A DNA stretch of 64,000 nt from a virus (IMGVR_UViG_651703099_000001:8333-72332), one strand, 5' to 3'; counted from the stretch's first letter, positions 53,886 through 61,923 are shown. The notes: generated from the letters alone by a model not told the origin. A program made the numbers and translations.

Positions 53886-54118
53886 CCCACCTTTACATCT
53901 ACCTGTTCCTGGGGGCCCTGGTGGTCCTCTTCCCGAAGGATGCTCTGCTGCTTCCTCATTGGGTCGAGGCCCAGGTTAAACTTCATTACATCAACGCCAA
54001 GATGTTCTGGTGCGCCTGGACCATGCACCGTAAACTAAAGAAGGACTTCGGCGCCCAAGGGTGGCCAGTCCCGCCTTTCAAGTTCATCCCCATCTGGGAC
54101 CGCGAGGAATTCAAATGA
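53882..54118 (+). CDS. hypothetical membrane-anchored protein
   Basis: ATGA overlap. Confidence 0.55.
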   Translation: MTHLYIYLFLGALVVLFPKDALLLPHWVEAQVKLHYINAKMFWCAWTMHRKLKKDFGAQGWPVPPFKFIPIWDREEFK

Positions 54119-54267
54119 GCTACAACGCCATCCGCAAAAACGGCAAGTCCTACGCCCGCGACGGCCACACCCTTGGAGATTTCGCCAAGCGCACCTCCAT
54201 CGGCAACGGTAAGCGCAAGCGGGGCTCCTTTAACGGCAAGAAGAAGTATCGCGGTCAGGGCCGTTAA
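54115..54267 (+). CDS. small basic cyanophage protein ending KKYRGQGR
   Basis: KRTSIGNG..KYRGQG motif. Confidence 0.65.
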   Translation: MSYNAIRKNGKSYARDGHTLGDFAKRTSIGNGKRKRGSFNGKKKYRGQGR

Positions 54268-54440
54268 TGCTTCCCACTTTTTCTAACCTTTACCGCCTGA
54301 ACCTCATGGCTTGTAATAAACCAGACCACCTGCGCTGCCCCAAGTGCAAAAAGCAGGAGGAAGACCAATCCACTGAGGCCTTCCGTAAGGCCAACGAAGA
54401 AAACCCATCTCGTCTCGAGGCCCGTATCTACGATGTTTAA
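54267..54440 (+). CDS. CP12-like peptide lacking the C-terminal Cys pair (alternative start 54306)
   Basis: C-terminus ANEENPSRLEARIYDV versus CP12-type YC.ENP.A.ECRIYD; missing from the ORF track. Confidence 0.6.
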   Translation: MLPTFSNLYRLNLMACNKPDHLRCPKCKKQEEDQSTEAFRKANEENPSRLEARIYDV

Positions 54441-54624
54441 GTTTCTTTTTGGCCGTACACGTGGCCGCCAACTGTATCGGGTGCTCTACGTCTTGAAAGG
54501 TAGTGACTTTTTCCTGACCGCTGTCGTGGCCGCAACTAGCGAATACGAGGCTCAGAGGGAGTTTGACCGCCTGTATCCTACGGACTACGTCCGCATTCCT
54601 TACAGCACAAAGTTAGTTTCATGA
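54433..54624 (+). CDS. hypothetical protein
   Basis: Overlap-coupled. Confidence 0.55.
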   Translation: MFKFLFGRTRGRQLYRVLYVLKGSDFFLTAVVAATSEYEAQREFDRLYPTDYVRIPYSTKLVS

Positions 54625-54926
54625 TCCCAGTAGTAGGGCCAGTGGTGCAAAACCCTTCCATCCGTCATCCCGCGGTGGACATAGCCTGCATCCCAGGTTC
54701 CGAAGTTCGTGCTATGGCCAATGGTCATGGCACTTTTCACTGGGACCATGACATGGGCTGGGTGTTCACTCAGGGCAACATCTCGATCAGCCACCTTGAT
54801 CACAAGGGAGTCGATCGGTTCTATACTGTTGGCGAGGTCATCTCAGCCTGCGGATCCACGGGTCGCCTGTCGGCTGGGCCGCACGTCCACATCGAAGGGC
54901 CACCTGAAGTCCTATCACGTTTCTAA
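54621..54926 (+). CDS. minimal M23-family peptidase
   Basis: HPAVD (HxxxD), GSTGRLSAGPHVH (HxH). Confidence 0.75.
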   Translation: MIPVVGPVVQNPSIRHPAVDIACIPGSEVRAMANGHGTFHWDHDMGWVFTQGNISISHLDHKGVDRFYTVGEVISACGSTGRLSAGPHVHIEGPPEVLSRF

Positions 54927-55013
54927 ATGTTTCACAGGGGGCCACGAGCCCCCTTTTTGCTGCTATACTGGTAGAGCCGAAAGGCATCCTAACCCTGCGT
55001 CCTTAAACCAGAT

Positions 55014-57314
55014 ATGACCGAATTCCGTCCAACGGCTCCCTCCGCTGAAACCGTGTTTCTTCGGACCTACAGCCGCCGCAAGGCAGACGGTACTCGGGAG
55101 AATTTTGAAGAGGCGATGCTCCGCACGGTCAACGACATTGCGGAGATTGGCAAGCTCACCCAGGAGGAATACGCCCTGGTCCGTGAGCAGGCCCTCGCCC
55201 AGCACTCCTTCCCCTCTGGCCGCGCCTTCTGGGTAGCGGGCACCGAGTGGGGGAAGAAGCCTGAGAATTTCTCCGGGTACTACAACTGCACATCCACCCA
55301 CATGACCGATACCACTGCCTTCGGGCTGCTGGTGGACCTGGCCATGCAGGGCTCTGGTACTGGCGCCGTCCTCGAGCAGGACGTGATCGACAAGCTTCCG
55401 CCCGTAGTGCGCAACCTGGAGATCAAGCACGTCTCCGAGGTTGGCAAGGTGGTACCAGGCCGCGAAGATACCAAGTGCCTGTGGGACCACGAGGATCTGT
55501 TCATCATGGTGGGCGACTCCCGCAAGGGCTGGCGCGATGCCTACATGTCCCTGATCCATGAGGCCACCAGGAAGGAGGAGGGCACCACCCGCGTGTACGT
55601 GCTCCTGGACAACGTGCGTTCCTCGGGGGAAAAGCTCAAGGGCTTCGGCGGCACTGCCAACCCCGTGAAGCTGGGTGACATGTTCTACAAGGTCGCCGAC
55701 ATCCTGAACGGTGCCGTGGGCCGCAAGCTCAACACCATCGAGGCTTGCCTGTTGATCGACGAGGCTGCTACCTGCATCGTGGCTGGCAACATCCGCCGCT
55801 CTGCTGGCATGCGTCAATTCTCCCAGGATGACGAGCTGGCCGCTACCGCCAAGCTTGGCCTGTACACACAGGACGAGGAAGGCAACTGGCGTGTGGATCC
55901 CAAGAAGGAGGCCCTGCGCATGGCCAACCATACCCGCTGCTACCACACCAAGCCCACCTACGAGGAGGTTGAGGCCGCCGTGCGGATGCAGTTCCAGTCT
56001 GGTGAGGGCGCCATCCAGTACGTCCCCGAGGCCGTAGCCCGTGCCAATGCCGACCTGCTAATCAACGACCTGACCAAGCAGCGCTTCCTGCGTGAGTACA
56101 CCACCAGGGGGCGCAAGGCTGCACAAAGCTACCTGCTGACCTGTGCTCAGTCCCTGGGCCTGAAGCTCACCACTCGCGAGCTTGAGCACCGCATGGATCG
56201 CTACGGCCTGAACCCCTGTGGCGAGATCATCGGCCGCGACTTCCACTGCAACCTGGCCGAGGTGCACCTGAACACCATCGATCCGAGTGACTACCAGGCT
56301 CTGTACGATGCGTTCTACGCCGCTGGCCTACAGGTAGCATCCCTGCTGCAGCACGAGTTTGTCCACGAGCGGTACCAGTACAGCCGCAACATCGACCCCA
56401 TCGTCGGTGTCAGCTTCACTGGCCTGTTCGATTTCTACGTGCATGCCTTCGGGTCTGAGTGGTTGAAGTGGAACATGAAGGGCCGCAAGGCTGGCCGCGC
56501 TGCAACTATTTTTGAAGCTGCAGAGCGTGACTACCTGACCAAATTCCGCGAAGCTGCCCACGAGGGTGTGAAGGCCTACTGTGCCAAGCACCTGAAGCGC
56601 CTGCCCAACCGCATCACCACCGTGCAACCTGCAGGCACCAAGAGCCTGCTCACAGGCGCCTCTAGCGGCTGGCACCCGCCCAAGGCCCAGCGCTTCATCC
56701 GTCGCATCACCCTGGGTGTACAGGACCCCCTGGTGCCCGCACTGATCGAGTACGGCTACAAGGTAATCCCTGCCCAGTCTGCCCGTGATGAGCATGGCAA
56801 CCTGCTGGACGACATCACCGATCCCCGTGTCCACGAGGTGCTGGTGGAGATCCCGACCGCCGTGTCCTGGGCTGACATGCCCGGCTGTGATGAGTTCGAC
56901 CTGAACAAGTTGCCCGTGGAGGCCCAGTGGGGTATCTACATGAATGTGCAGCGCTACTACACCGATCACAACACGTCGGCCACCATTGAGCTGCGTGAGA
57001 AGGAGATCCCCAAGCTGGCCAAGCTCATCTACGATGATATCCAGGCCGACGGTGGCTACATCTCCGCTGCCCTCCTGGCCCGCTTCGACGCCAACGCCAC
57101 CTTCCCGCGTCTGCCGTTCGAGCCGATCACCAAGGAGGAGTACGACAAGCAGATCCTGCCCCGTCAGGTGGTAGAGATGACCGACGACCGCTCGCTGCTG
57201 GACATCCTCCAGAAGTACGACAGCTCTGAGTGGACTATTGAGTCGGTGGCTGGCTGCGCCAACGCTGCCTGTCTGGCTAAGGCCGAGAAGGATGAGCAGG
57301 AGGGTAAAGCGTGA
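55014..57314 (+). CDS. nrdJ: class II (B12-dependent) ribonucleotide reductase
   Basis: RTYSR, FPSGR, YNC, GNIRRSA, NPCGEI, CNLAEVH, TTVQPAGT, C-terminal Cys pair; TGCTATACTG at 54961. Confidence 0.95.
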   Translation: MTEFRPTAPSAETVFLRTYSRRKADGTRENFEEAMLRTVNDIAEIGKLTQEEYALVREQALAQHSFPSGRAFWVAGTEWGKKPENFSGYYNCTSTHMTDTTAFGLLVDLAMQGSGTGAVLEQDVIDKLPPVVRNLEIKHVSEVGKVVPGREDTKCLWDHEDLFIMVGDSRKGWRDAYMSLIHEATRKEEGTTRVYVLLDNVRSSGEKLKGFGGTANPVKLGDMFYKVADILNGAVGRKLNTIEACLLIDEAATCIVAGNIRRSAGMRQFSQDDELAATAKLGLYTQDEEGNWRVDPKKEALRMANHTRCYHTKPTYEEVEAAVRMQFQSGEGAIQYVPEAVARANADLLINDLTKQRFLREYTTRGRKAAQSYLLTCAQSLGLKLTTRELEHRMDRYGLNPCGEIIGRDFHCNLAEVHLNTIDPSDYQALYDAFYAAGLQVASLLQHEFVHERYQYSRNIDPIVGVSFTGLFDFYVHAFGSEWLKWNMKGRKAGRAATIFEAAERDYLTKFREAAHEGVKAYCAKHLKRLPNRITTVQPAGTKSLLTGASSGWHPPKAQRFIRRITLGVQDPLVPALIEYGYKVIPAQSARDEHGNLLDDITDPRVHEVLVEIPTAVSWADMPGCDEFDLNKLPVEAQWGIYMNVQRYYTDHNTSATIELREKEIPKLAKLIYDDIQADGGYISAALLARFDANATFPRLPFEPITKEEYDKQILPRQVVEMTDDRSLLDILQKYDSSEWTIESVAGCANAACLAKAEKDEQEGKA

Positions 57315-57487
57315 CGCCTCAAGAAGAGGTGAGGGAGGCTTACGCCTCCTTTGCCAACGCCTACAGGGTGTACGAAATGAAAGTAGGCAAGGGCTACCGC
57401 TTCAACGGTGACCTTGACTGCGACCTGGTCCAGGGCGCCTGGAACAAGTACCTACGACTACGCAAACAATACGGAGACCACCGGTGA
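57311..57487 (+). CDS. 58-aa hypothetical protein
   Basis: GTGA overlaps at both ends. Confidence 0.55.
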   Translation: MTPQEEVREAYASFANAYRVYEMKVGKGYRFNGDLDCDLVQGAWNKYLRLRKQYGDHR

Positions 57488-57993
57488 GTACTATTTCCGA
57501 CTGGCAAATTGCCCAACTGGCCCAGCATCAAGATCTGATCCTGCCTTACAACCCCGAGCAGGTGAACCCTGCCAGCTACGACGTGACCCTAGGCCCCAAG
57601 ATCCTCATCGAGGAACAGGAAGGCTGGAGGGAGGTTGACATCTCCATTCCTGGCTTCCACATGGGTCCTGGGTGCTTCGTACTGGCCCACACGGTCGAGG
57701 TCGTCAAGATCCCGCCGTACCTGGAATGCACCTTCCAGCTCAAGAGCAGCCGTGGCCGAGAAGGCTACGAGCACGCTCTCGCTGGCTACATCGACCCAGG
57801 CTTCGAGGGGCAGGTCACCCTCGAGCTGACCAACCTCAACAAGTACCACTGGCTACCCCTGCAGGCTGGTATACGGATTGGTCAGTTACGGTTCATGAAG
57901 ATGGACCAGCCACCTGCTAGGCCGTACAACCTAACAGGCCGCTACAACAGGGACCTGGGGGGCAGTGCCCAGCAAGGGTTGACGGAACCCTAA
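57484..57993 (+). CDS. dcd: dCTP deaminase (true end probably TGA 57982 if G6 at 57957-57962 is G5)
   Basis: NPASYDVTL, KSSRGREG, AGYIDPGFEGQVTLEL, IGQL. Confidence 0.92.
   Translation: MSTISDWQIAQLAQHQDLILPYNPEQVNPASYDVTLGPKILIEEQEGWREVDISIPGFHMGPGCFVLAHTVEVVKIPPYLECTFQLKSSRGREGYEHALAGYIDPGFEGQVTLELTNLNKYHWLPLQAGIRIGQLRFMKMDQPPARPYNLTGRYNRDLGGSAQQGLTEP
57984..57993 (+). promoter_or_regulatory. putative late promoter GGAACCCTAA for the portal gene
   Basis: Late motif isolated in the middle region, directly before the structured portal leader. Confidence 0.65.
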
Positions 57994-58065
57994 CTAATGA
58001 GCGGTGGCGTGATGCGCCGATCAGCAAACCTTTTTGGCGCGACGCCACCATTCGCAGCGACTGCA

Positions 58066-59670
58066 ATGCACGGAATCAACCACCCTACCAACGATCCCGC
58101 GTTGGTCTCGTACCACCGTCCCGAGTTGGTACGCATGCTCCCGCAGCTTGAGCTGGCCCACGACTGCTGGACCCTGCTCAACGGTGAGGGGCGAGGCGAG
58201 GCTAAGGGCAAGTACCTGTCCAAAGAGCCCGCTGAGCCTAATGCGGCCTACAAGGCCCGTTTGGACCGTGCAACCTATGCGCCTATCTACCGCGATTCGA
58301 TCCGCTCCTACGCTGGTCTGCTGAGCCGCTTTCAGCTAATCGAAGCGCCCCAGAGCATGATGGATGCCGAGGGCGACATCGACCTGCAGGGCTCGAGCAT
58401 TCAGAGCTTCATGACCCTGTGTGATGAGCATGCCCTGCGTGATGGCGGCACCTTCATTATGGTTGACATGATGCCCGAATCGGGTGCCGACAACTTCTTT
58501 GATCAGATGAACGACGGCCGCAAGCCGTACCTGATCAACATCCAGCGCGGTGATGTGATCAACTGGTCTGTTCGCTACGACCGTGGCCGCGAGATCGTTG
58601 AGCGTGTCACTGTGCGCCAGCTTCGCTCCATGCCCGACCCCGAAGGCGGCTTTGGTGCGCTGGTGGAGCCCATCTACTACGTGCTGACGCCTGGCAAGGT
58701 CGAAAGCTACCGCCTCGCGAAAACGGCCGCCAGTCGCTACGAGAACGTCAAGATTGACGAGATCTCCACCACCCTGCCCGTGGTGCCGCTGGTCTGGTAT
58801 GGCGCTACATCCAGCCGTTTTGCCCAGGGCGACCTTCCCCTGGCTGGCCTTGCTGACCTGAGTATTCAGCACTTCCAAATGCGCTCTGATCTGGCTGAGT
58901 TGCTGCACAAGTGCGCTATGCCGGTACCCGTGCGCAAGGGCGCCCCGATTGGTCCTGACGGCAAGCCCGCTCCCCTGGTGCTGGGCCCCAACACCGCGGT
59001 GGACCTATCTGGTGAGACTGGTAGTGGCTTCGATTTCGCGGAGCCTTCTGGTAAGAGCCTGGAGCGCCACCAGAGCGAGATCAATCACGTTGAGATGCTG
59101 ATGGATCGCAGCTCTCTCAACTTCCTCTATGGCGCCAACATCAAGACAGCAACGGAGGCGTCCCTGCGTGCCTCTCAGGTGGCTTCCAGCGTAGCCGCCT
59201 TGGTCCGTAACAAATCCAGCATGTTCGGCATGCTCATGCGCCTCTGGGCCTGGTATGCGGGCGAGGTGGGGCAGATCACCAAGGAGTCTGGTATCGCCCT
59301 CAACGACTCCCTGATCAACAAGCCTCTGGGAGCTAGCGAGATGGCTCAGCTTGTCAACCTGTACTCCGAGGGACTCCTCTCGAAGCGCACGGTCCTGGAT
59401 GAATTGCAGCGTGGCGGTGTGCTTGATCCCGATATGGTCATAGACGAGGAGCTGGGACGGATCGAGGAGGACCGTCAGGAGACAATGGACAAGACCATGG
59501 AAGAAGCGGAAGCAAAGCTCGAGCAAGACCTGGTCCGTGCCAAGGAGTTCCAGGCTGCAGCTCCTAGCCAGCCAGGCCAGGCGGAGATTCCAGCCACTGG
59601 CCAGAGCAGCGAGAGAAAGGGCAAGAGCGAACAAGAGAAAACAGCCCAGGCGGCCAAAGTCGCTCAATAA
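58066..59670 (+). CDS. portal protein (DUF4055-like)
   Basis: KYLSKEPAE..AYKARL, DIDLQG, PLAGLADLSIQHFQ..SD, KTATE, GLLSKRTVL.ELQRG. Confidence 0.85.
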   Translation: MHGINHPTNDPALVSYHRPELVRMLPQLELAHDCWTLLNGEGRGEAKGKYLSKEPAEPNAAYKARLDRATYAPIYRDSIRSYAGLLSRFQLIEAPQSMMDAEGDIDLQGSSIQSFMTLCDEHALRDGGTFIMVDMMPESGADNFFDQMNDGRKPYLINIQRGDVINWSVRYDRGREIVERVTVRQLRSMPDPEGGFGALVEPIYYVLTPGKVESYRLAKTAASRYENVKIDEISTTLPVVPLVWYGATSSRFAQGDLPLAGLADLSIQHFQMRSDLAELLHKCAMPVPVRKGAPIGPDGKPAPLVLGPNTAVDLSGETGSGFDFAEPSGKSLERHQSEINHVEMLMDRSSLNFLYGANIKTATEASLRASQVASSVAALVRNKSSMFGMLMRLWAWYAGEVGQITKESGIALNDSLINKPLGASEMAQLVNLYSEGLLSKRTVLDELQRGGVLDPDMVIDEELGRIEEDRQETMDKTMEEAEAKLEQDLVRAKEFQAAAPSQPGQAEIPATGQSSERKGKSEQEKTAQAAKVAQ

Positions 59671-59678
59671 TCACCATG

Positions 59679-59712
59679 GCCCTTGACAAGGGCCTTTTTT
59701 GTGCCCTATACT
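59679..59712 (+). promoter_or_regulatory. terminator hairpin overlapping a TTGACA-18-TATACT promoter
   Basis: GGCCCT-TGACA-AGGGCC-T6; TTGACA 59683, TATACT 59707. Confidence 0.75.
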
Positions 59713-59737
59713 CAGGGGGTACCCAGCAGGAGATCCT

Positions 59738-59953
59738 ATGGCCACTGCCGCACCCCAGCCCGTCATCGCTCGCTTCCAGTTCTTCCCTGACCGCGTGGAG
59801 GAGTTCTCCTTCGGCGGCGAGTTCGTGGAAATGCAGTTTGACAATGTCGACGAGGTCATCGAGTTCTGTCAGGAATTTGAAGATGCCCTGGTTGACGTGA
59901 CTGCCAACGTCAATGGCCGTATCGTCAGCCTGGCTTCCCAACCCGAGGAATGA
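59738..59953 (+). CDS. acidic hypothetical protein
   Basis: AGGAG RBS; promoter upstream. Confidence 0.65.
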   Translation: MATAAPQPVIARFQFFPDRVEEFSFGGEFVEMQFDNVDEVIEFCQEFEDALVDVTANVNGRIVSLASQPEE

Positions 59954-59956
59954 TCC

Positions 59957-60088
59957 ATGACCCAACTCGAGTACTACACCACCATTCTGAAGTCCATCGT
60001 CCTGCTCCTCGCCTGGACAGGTGGCGTCACCGCTATCGGCATCTTCGGAGTGCTAACCTACTACTTCTATCCCTGGGTTAAGAAATGA
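59957..60088 (+). CDS. 43-aa TM peptide
   Basis: GAGGA RBS; ATGA overlap downstream. Confidence 0.5.
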   Translation: MTQLEYYTTILKSIVLLLAWTGGVTAIGIFGVLTYYFYPWVKK

Positions 60089-60435
60089 CTACAGAGGTCC
60101 TGCGCCACGGCAAGAAAATCCGTTCCCCTGGTGGCAGCTATGTCTACCAGGTGCAGGGCCCCTGCTGCGTCCTGTACGATCGAGAGCAACTGCCCTGGCC
60201 TTCCTGCTCACTGGCATGGAAAGGCAAGCAGCCATCCTGGAATCGCATTGGCCGCCGCTTTGTACCAGACCTTGCCTGCTCTCGCTGCCCTTCCTACTCC
60301 GTCTATGGGGCGGACCAGTGGGGTAATACCTGGGAGCAGGTGCTAACGTTGTACCATGATCGCCTTCGTGGTGATCTGGCCAAGTCCTGGTACGCTAAAG
60401 TCCCTCAGGGCCACGACTATCCACTCTTTGCATGA
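60085..60435 (+). CDS. conserved cyanobacterial-type hypothetical protein
   Basis: GPCC.LYDREQLPWP..KQPSWNRIGRRFVPDLA..CPSYSV recalled from cyanobacterial proteins. Confidence 0.65.
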   Translation: MTTEVLRHGKKIRSPGGSYVYQVQGPCCVLYDREQLPWPSCSLAWKGKQPSWNRIGRRFVPDLACSRCPSYSVYGADQWGNTWEQVLTLYHDRLRGDLAKSWYAKVPQGHDYPLFA

Positions 60436-60578
60436 AGACACGTAAACAAGTCACTACGGCCCCCGACTGGGCTGCTATATTCGAGAGACGACCAGACCTC
60501 AAGCCCCCTGGCTACGAGGAGACGGTCGCATCCATGAAAACCCAACCAAAGGAGACTCATGACAATCTCAAAGACTGA
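60432..60578 (+). CDS. small cyanophage protein (W..IF..RPDL.PPGY.E)
   Basis: ATGA overlap; motif. Confidence 0.5.
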   Translation: MKTRKQVTTAPDWAAIFERRPDLKPPGYEETVASMKTQPKETHDNLKD

Positions 60579-60831
60579 GCGGGCCGCTGGCTATCTGGCT
60601 GCCTACATCCGCACCAATGGTCGCTTTGACCTTCAAGACGTAGCCGACAGAGCTGGCGTGGGCAAGGAATTGGCTTTTGTCACCCAGGACATCCTGGAGC
60701 TGCTCGAGGACAAAGGCTATCTGTTTGACCTAGAGGATTTGTACCTAGAGCAGGAGGCAAAGGAAACAGTAAAGCTTCCCCTTGTCAGCGACTGGCTCAA
60801 GGAGTTGACAAACCGCTACTTCTGCCGATAG
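60559..60831 (+). CDS. hypothetical protein
   Basis: AAGGAG RBS. Confidence 0.6.
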   Translation: MTISKTERAAGYLAAYIRTNGRFDLQDVADRAGVGKELAFVTQDILELLEDKGYLFDLEDLYLEQEAKETVKLPLVSDWLKELTNRYFCR

Positions 60832-60834
60832 AAT
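60805..60834 (+). promoter_or_regulatory. sigma70-type early promoter TTGACA-18-TAGAAT
   Basis: Near consensus; followed by AAGGAG and ATG 60860. Confidence 0.7.
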
Positions 60835-60859
60835 CCAAAGACACCAAAGGAGAGATCCC

Positions 60860-61315
60860 ATGACCCGATCTAATCGCCCCCTCACACAGTTCGCCGTCGG
60901 CAAGATCCAGGAGTTTCTGGGTCTCGGCCCTCGTCGATTCCAGCCTGCTGGCGCAGCCAACACCAGCGTCACCCTCAACCAAGAAGGTGACATATACACG
61001 CTCGGCATCTGGCTCTTTGACCAGCCCATCCTCGAGCTTTATTTTGTGGGTGACCGCTTTGATTGTCTTGCTATCTCTGATGGCAATTTCTATGACAAGG
61101 CCGGTAATCCATCCCGTACTACCAGGGAGCGCTTGAATGGAATCCTTGATCAGCTTGGCGAGATGTGCCTGATTCCAGAGGGCGTTCGCGTCTTCTTGAC
61201 AGACCAGGGCACCAAGTGCTACGTCGGCCGCGGTGAAGTCCGTGAGCCGTTCGGCAAGGGTCATCCTGACGTGGTCATCAATGCCCACCCCATCATCCTG
61301 GAGTTCAACAAATGA
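60860..61315 (+). CDS. early hypothetical protein (TTRERLNGIL family)
   Basis: Promoter, RBS and a recurrent phage motif. Confidence 0.65.
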   Translation: MTRSNRPLTQFAVGKIQEFLGLGPRRFQPAGAANTSVTLNQEGDIYTLGIWLFDQPILELYFVGDRFDCLAISDGNFYDKAGNPSRTTRERLNGILDQLGEMCLIPEGVRVFLTDQGTKCYVGRGEVREPFGKGHPDVVINAHPIILEFNK

Positions 61316-61590
61316 ATGATCAATTCGCTCAGCGGTCCCGCGACTACAACATCCTCACCATCTTGGCTGAGGTCCAGCAACCCGCCGCCTGCGAGAAGGT
61401 GCAACTGGCAGCGCTTCTTATGCGTTATCAGGACGATGGTTTTGTCAGTGAGATCGACAAGGTCCTGAGCCGCTGGGGCCTGTCACGCAAAGAGCTGTTC
61501 TCTCAATCGAGGGAGATCTGGCTCAACGGCTACAGGCCAGAACACCTCTACGGAGAAGGCAGCGCATGGGACGGAAAACCTGGCGAATAG
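61312..61590 (+). CDS. DUF3288-like cyanobacterial protein
   Basis: LAALLMRY..IDKVLSRWGLSRKELFSQSREIW..GSAWD. Confidence 0.65.
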   Translation: MNDQFAQRSRDYNILTILAEVQQPAACEKVQLAALLMRYQDDGFVSEIDKVLSRWGLSRKELFSQSREIWLNGYRPEHLYGEGSAWDGKPGE

Positions 61591-61799
61591 TCGCCAAGGC
61601 CCTAGGGGAAAAAGCCTCTCCCCACAACGGCGAAGCTGATCTCGTCGCTGTTGTACGGCTGGCCATCCTGGCTGGCTACATGATCACCAACACTGTAATT
61701 TGCGCTGGTGTCATCAGGCACTGGAATGACAATGAACAAACTCCCCAAAGGCTTCAGCTTCTACAAGACTCGCGGCGGCCTGGTGGCCATCAAGGATGA
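61566..61799 (+). CDS. conserved cyanophage membrane protein
   Basis: WRI.AKALGEKA..EAD..ITN....AGVIRHWN. Confidence 0.6.
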   Translation: MGRKTWRIVAKALGEKASPHNGEADLVAVVRLAILAGYMITNTVICAGVIRHWNDNEQTPQRLQLLQDSRRPGGHQG

Positions 61800-61923
61800 A
61801 AACGGCAACCCATTGCTGTATTCCATCAGTGAAGAGCGTGCCCTGCAGGCCCTCCCCTGCCTCGAGCGTTTTGGTGGTGTGATCACAAGCCAGCGTCAAA
61901 CCGAAAAGCACGTGGACCTATGA
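61732..61923 (+). CDS. hypothetical protein
   Basis: ATGA overlap with the next gene. Confidence 0.45.
   Translation: MNKLPKGFSFYKTRGGLVAIKDENGNPLLYSISEERALQALPCLERFGGVITSQRQTEKHVDL

Noticed and set aside
57997-58065. N-terminal extension of the portal from ATG 57997
   Set aside because: Only 3 nt after the promoter motif; the segment folds into three hairpins and is better read as a 5' UTR
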